This document shows positions 8,025-9,913 of a stretch of 9,913 nt of DNA, piece after piece. Source of the stretch: Octopus sinensis (lineage: Eukaryota); NCBI RefSeq assembly GCF_006345805.1, contig NW_021827675.1, positions 1-9,913 of the forward strand, read 5' to 3'. Each line of letters opens with the position of its first letter. Position 1 is the first letter of the stretch. Under the pieces are notes generated by a model. It searched no databases. It saw only the letters and a list, made by a program, of their open reading frames with translations, and had not been told where the DNA came from. Both the position numbers and the translations under genes were made by a program.

Positions 8025-8485
8025 ACTCTTTTACTTGTTTCAGTCAATTGACTGCGGCCATGCTGGAGCACTGCCTTTAATCGAGCAACTCGACCCCGGG
8101 ACTTATTCTTTGTAAGCCTAGTACTTATTCTATCGGTCTCTTTTGCCGAACTGCTGAGTGACGGGGACATAAACACACCAGCATCGGTTGTCAAGTAATG
8201 CCAGGGGGACAAACACAGATACATAAACATACACGCACACATATATATATATACATATATATATTATATATATATATATATTATATATTAATATATAATA
8301 TATATATATATATATATACATATATACGATGGACTTCTTTCAGTTTCCATCAACCAAATCCACTCACAAGGCTTTGGTCGGCCCGAGGCTATAGTAGAAG
8401 ACAGTTGCCCAAGGTACCACGCAGTGGGATTGAACCTGGAACCATGTGGTTGGTAAGCAAGCTACTTACCACACAGCCACTCCTG
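8025..8485 (-). mobile_element. CORE-like tRNA-SINE family C, copy 3
   Basis: Full-length reverse-complement match to 6281-6784; internal (TA)n ~8210-8326; (TATG)n on both sides. Confidence 0.92.
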
Positions 8486-8487
8486 TT

Positions 8488-8590
8488 TATGTATGTATGT
8501 ATGTATGTATGTATGTATTTATGTATGTATGTATGTATGTATGTATATATGTATGTATGTATGTATGTATGGACGTATGTGTGTTTGTAT
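8488..8590. repeat. (TATG)n array
   Basis: Direct reading. Confidence 0.95.
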
Positions 8591-8696
8591 GCAATTATGT
8601 AATCTTTCTCTCTTTAATTCAGAGTAAGCATTTGACCGGGACCGATTTGGTACAGTTGTCAATGAAGGTATCCTGATTAAACCAACATCCTTTAAA

Positions 8697-8933
8697 TCAT
8701 AGGAAGGTCTTGCAGATTTTTATAGTCCCAGATATTGTTATCATTTGAAGCATATCAATTAAGGATTTGCTTTCTCTCCCCAAGATTCCAAGTTCAGCCA
8801 TGCTATGCTCCAAATAGAGTACTTTGTTGATATTTCTATCACGGAACAGTGCATTATATATATATTCTTCCCTCTGTTTGTGAAATCTTGTATCTCTGCC
8901 ATAAGGCTTCATTTCCACACACGCCAGCTTAAT
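8697..8933 (-). pseudogene. Second, divergent RLE-LINE ORF C-terminal remnant
   Basis: Frame of ORF 8697-8918 extended upstream reads IKLACVEMKPYGRDTRFHKQREEYIYNALFRD...LEHSMAELGILGRESKSLIDMLQMITISGTIKICKTFL*F. It aligns to the 7761-7961 remnant at L....LG...E.K...Q...I.GT.K..KTF..F and lacks the IIGALG block. Confidence 0.6.
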
Positions 8934-8944
8934 TCAATTCGTCC

Positions 8945-9285
8945 TTAGTCGAATGACACCTGATATTATGTCCTGATATTATTTGTATTGTATTTGTATT
9001 TGTGTAACATTGTCCGCTTTTTTCCGTCCTTGTTTTTGTATACATTCGCTGCTTTCTTCTAAGGAATCTAATGCTCTTAGCTTAGATTTTCCTTGGGGTT
9101 GGCCAGATTGGAGTAATCTCAAGTATAATCAGCCGAAATTGCGAGAATAATCTGGTACTTGACTGAGGAAAGAAAACTTCGAATGACCCGTCCTTGTTTT
9201 CTTTGTATCGTCTATCTGGATGTTTTGTTGTCTCATTTTTGTATCACCTAACTGTACGGATGTTTTGCGTTCTTGTCCCATTTTG
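8945..9285 (+). mobile_element. Unclassified repeat remnant, possibly a Penelope-like terminal region
   Basis: T-rich flanks around ctgaggaaagaaaacttcgaa (9163-9183); layout resembles the end of the 848-bp unit. No coding evidence. Confidence 0.25.
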
Positions 9286-9296
9286 CATATATATAT

Positions 9297-9702
9297 ACTC
9301 TTTTACTCTCTCTTTTACTTGTTTCAGTCATTTGACTGCGGCCATGCTGGAGCACCGTCTTTAGTCGAGCAAATCGACCCCGGGACTTATTCTTTGTAAG
9401 CCCAGTACTTATTCTATCGGTCTCTTTTGCCGAACCGCTAAGTTACGGGGACGTAAACACACCAGTATCGGTTGTCAAACAATGCAAGGGGGACAAACAT
9501 TGACACACAAACACACACACATATACATATATATATATACATATATACGACAGGCTTCTTTCAGTTTCTGCTATCAAATCCACTCACAAGGCTTTGGTCG
9601 CCCGGGCTAGCAAAGACACTTGCCCAGATGCCACGCAGTGGGACTGAACCCAGAACCATGTGGTTGGTTAGCAAGATACTTACCACACAGCCACTCCTGC
9701 GC
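9297..9702 (-). mobile_element. CORE-like tRNA-SINE family C, copy 4
   Basis: Full-length reverse-complement match; small deletions near 9600-9620; doubled actctttt tail. Confidence 0.92.
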
Positions 9703-9826
9703 CTATATATATATGTGTGTGTGTTTGTGTATACATATCCAAATAATGAGAAGAGACAGAAATCTTTTAACACATCTTTATGATTCGTTACAATTGTTTC
9801 TGCACCACTTCTCCTTGCAAGGCCAT

Positions 9827-9910
9827 TTTACGCAACAATTCGAAGTGAAACTTCACGTGATGTTTGCGGTTTTAGACATTAGAGAGACACTTCATCAGAC
9901 TTGCATTAAA
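9827..9910 (-). ncRNA. Degenerate type I hammerhead-ribozyme-like motif (stem III missing)
   Basis: Minus strand: uuuaaugcaa-gu-CUGAUGA-agug...cacuuc-GAA-uug-uugcguaaa. Stem I and stem II pairings are visible; the A15.1/stem III/cleavage triplet segment is absent. Confidence 0.4.
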
Positions 9911-9913
9911 GGT

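Overview
AT-rich, repeat-saturated eukaryotic non-coding DNA (intron or intergenic). I find no supportable host protein-coding exon, RNA gene or CRISPR array. The SINE families and extreme microsatellite density resemble octopus/cephalopod genomes; this is recognition from memory, not a database result. Contents: (1) three tRNA-derived SINE families, including four near-full-length copies plus one edge copy of a CORE-like SINE with an internal microsatellite; (2) a ~2.1-copy tandem array of an ~848-bp unit (3174-4973) with Penelope/retrozyme-like features; (3) two degraded C-terminal ORF fragments of restriction-like-endonuclease (RLE; R4/Dong-like) LINEs on the minus strand; (4) several incomplete hammerhead-ribozyme-like motifs that share an unusual CUGANGA-A...U-C-GAA geometry; (5) many (TA)n, (CA)n and (TATG)n tracts. 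Almost all ORFs in the supplied track are microsatellite or SINE artefacts. The most interesting structure is 6159-8933, where the LINE pieces sit in or against (TATG)n/(CATA)n arrays with SINEs nested among them. This suggests microsatellite-targeted retrotransposition.
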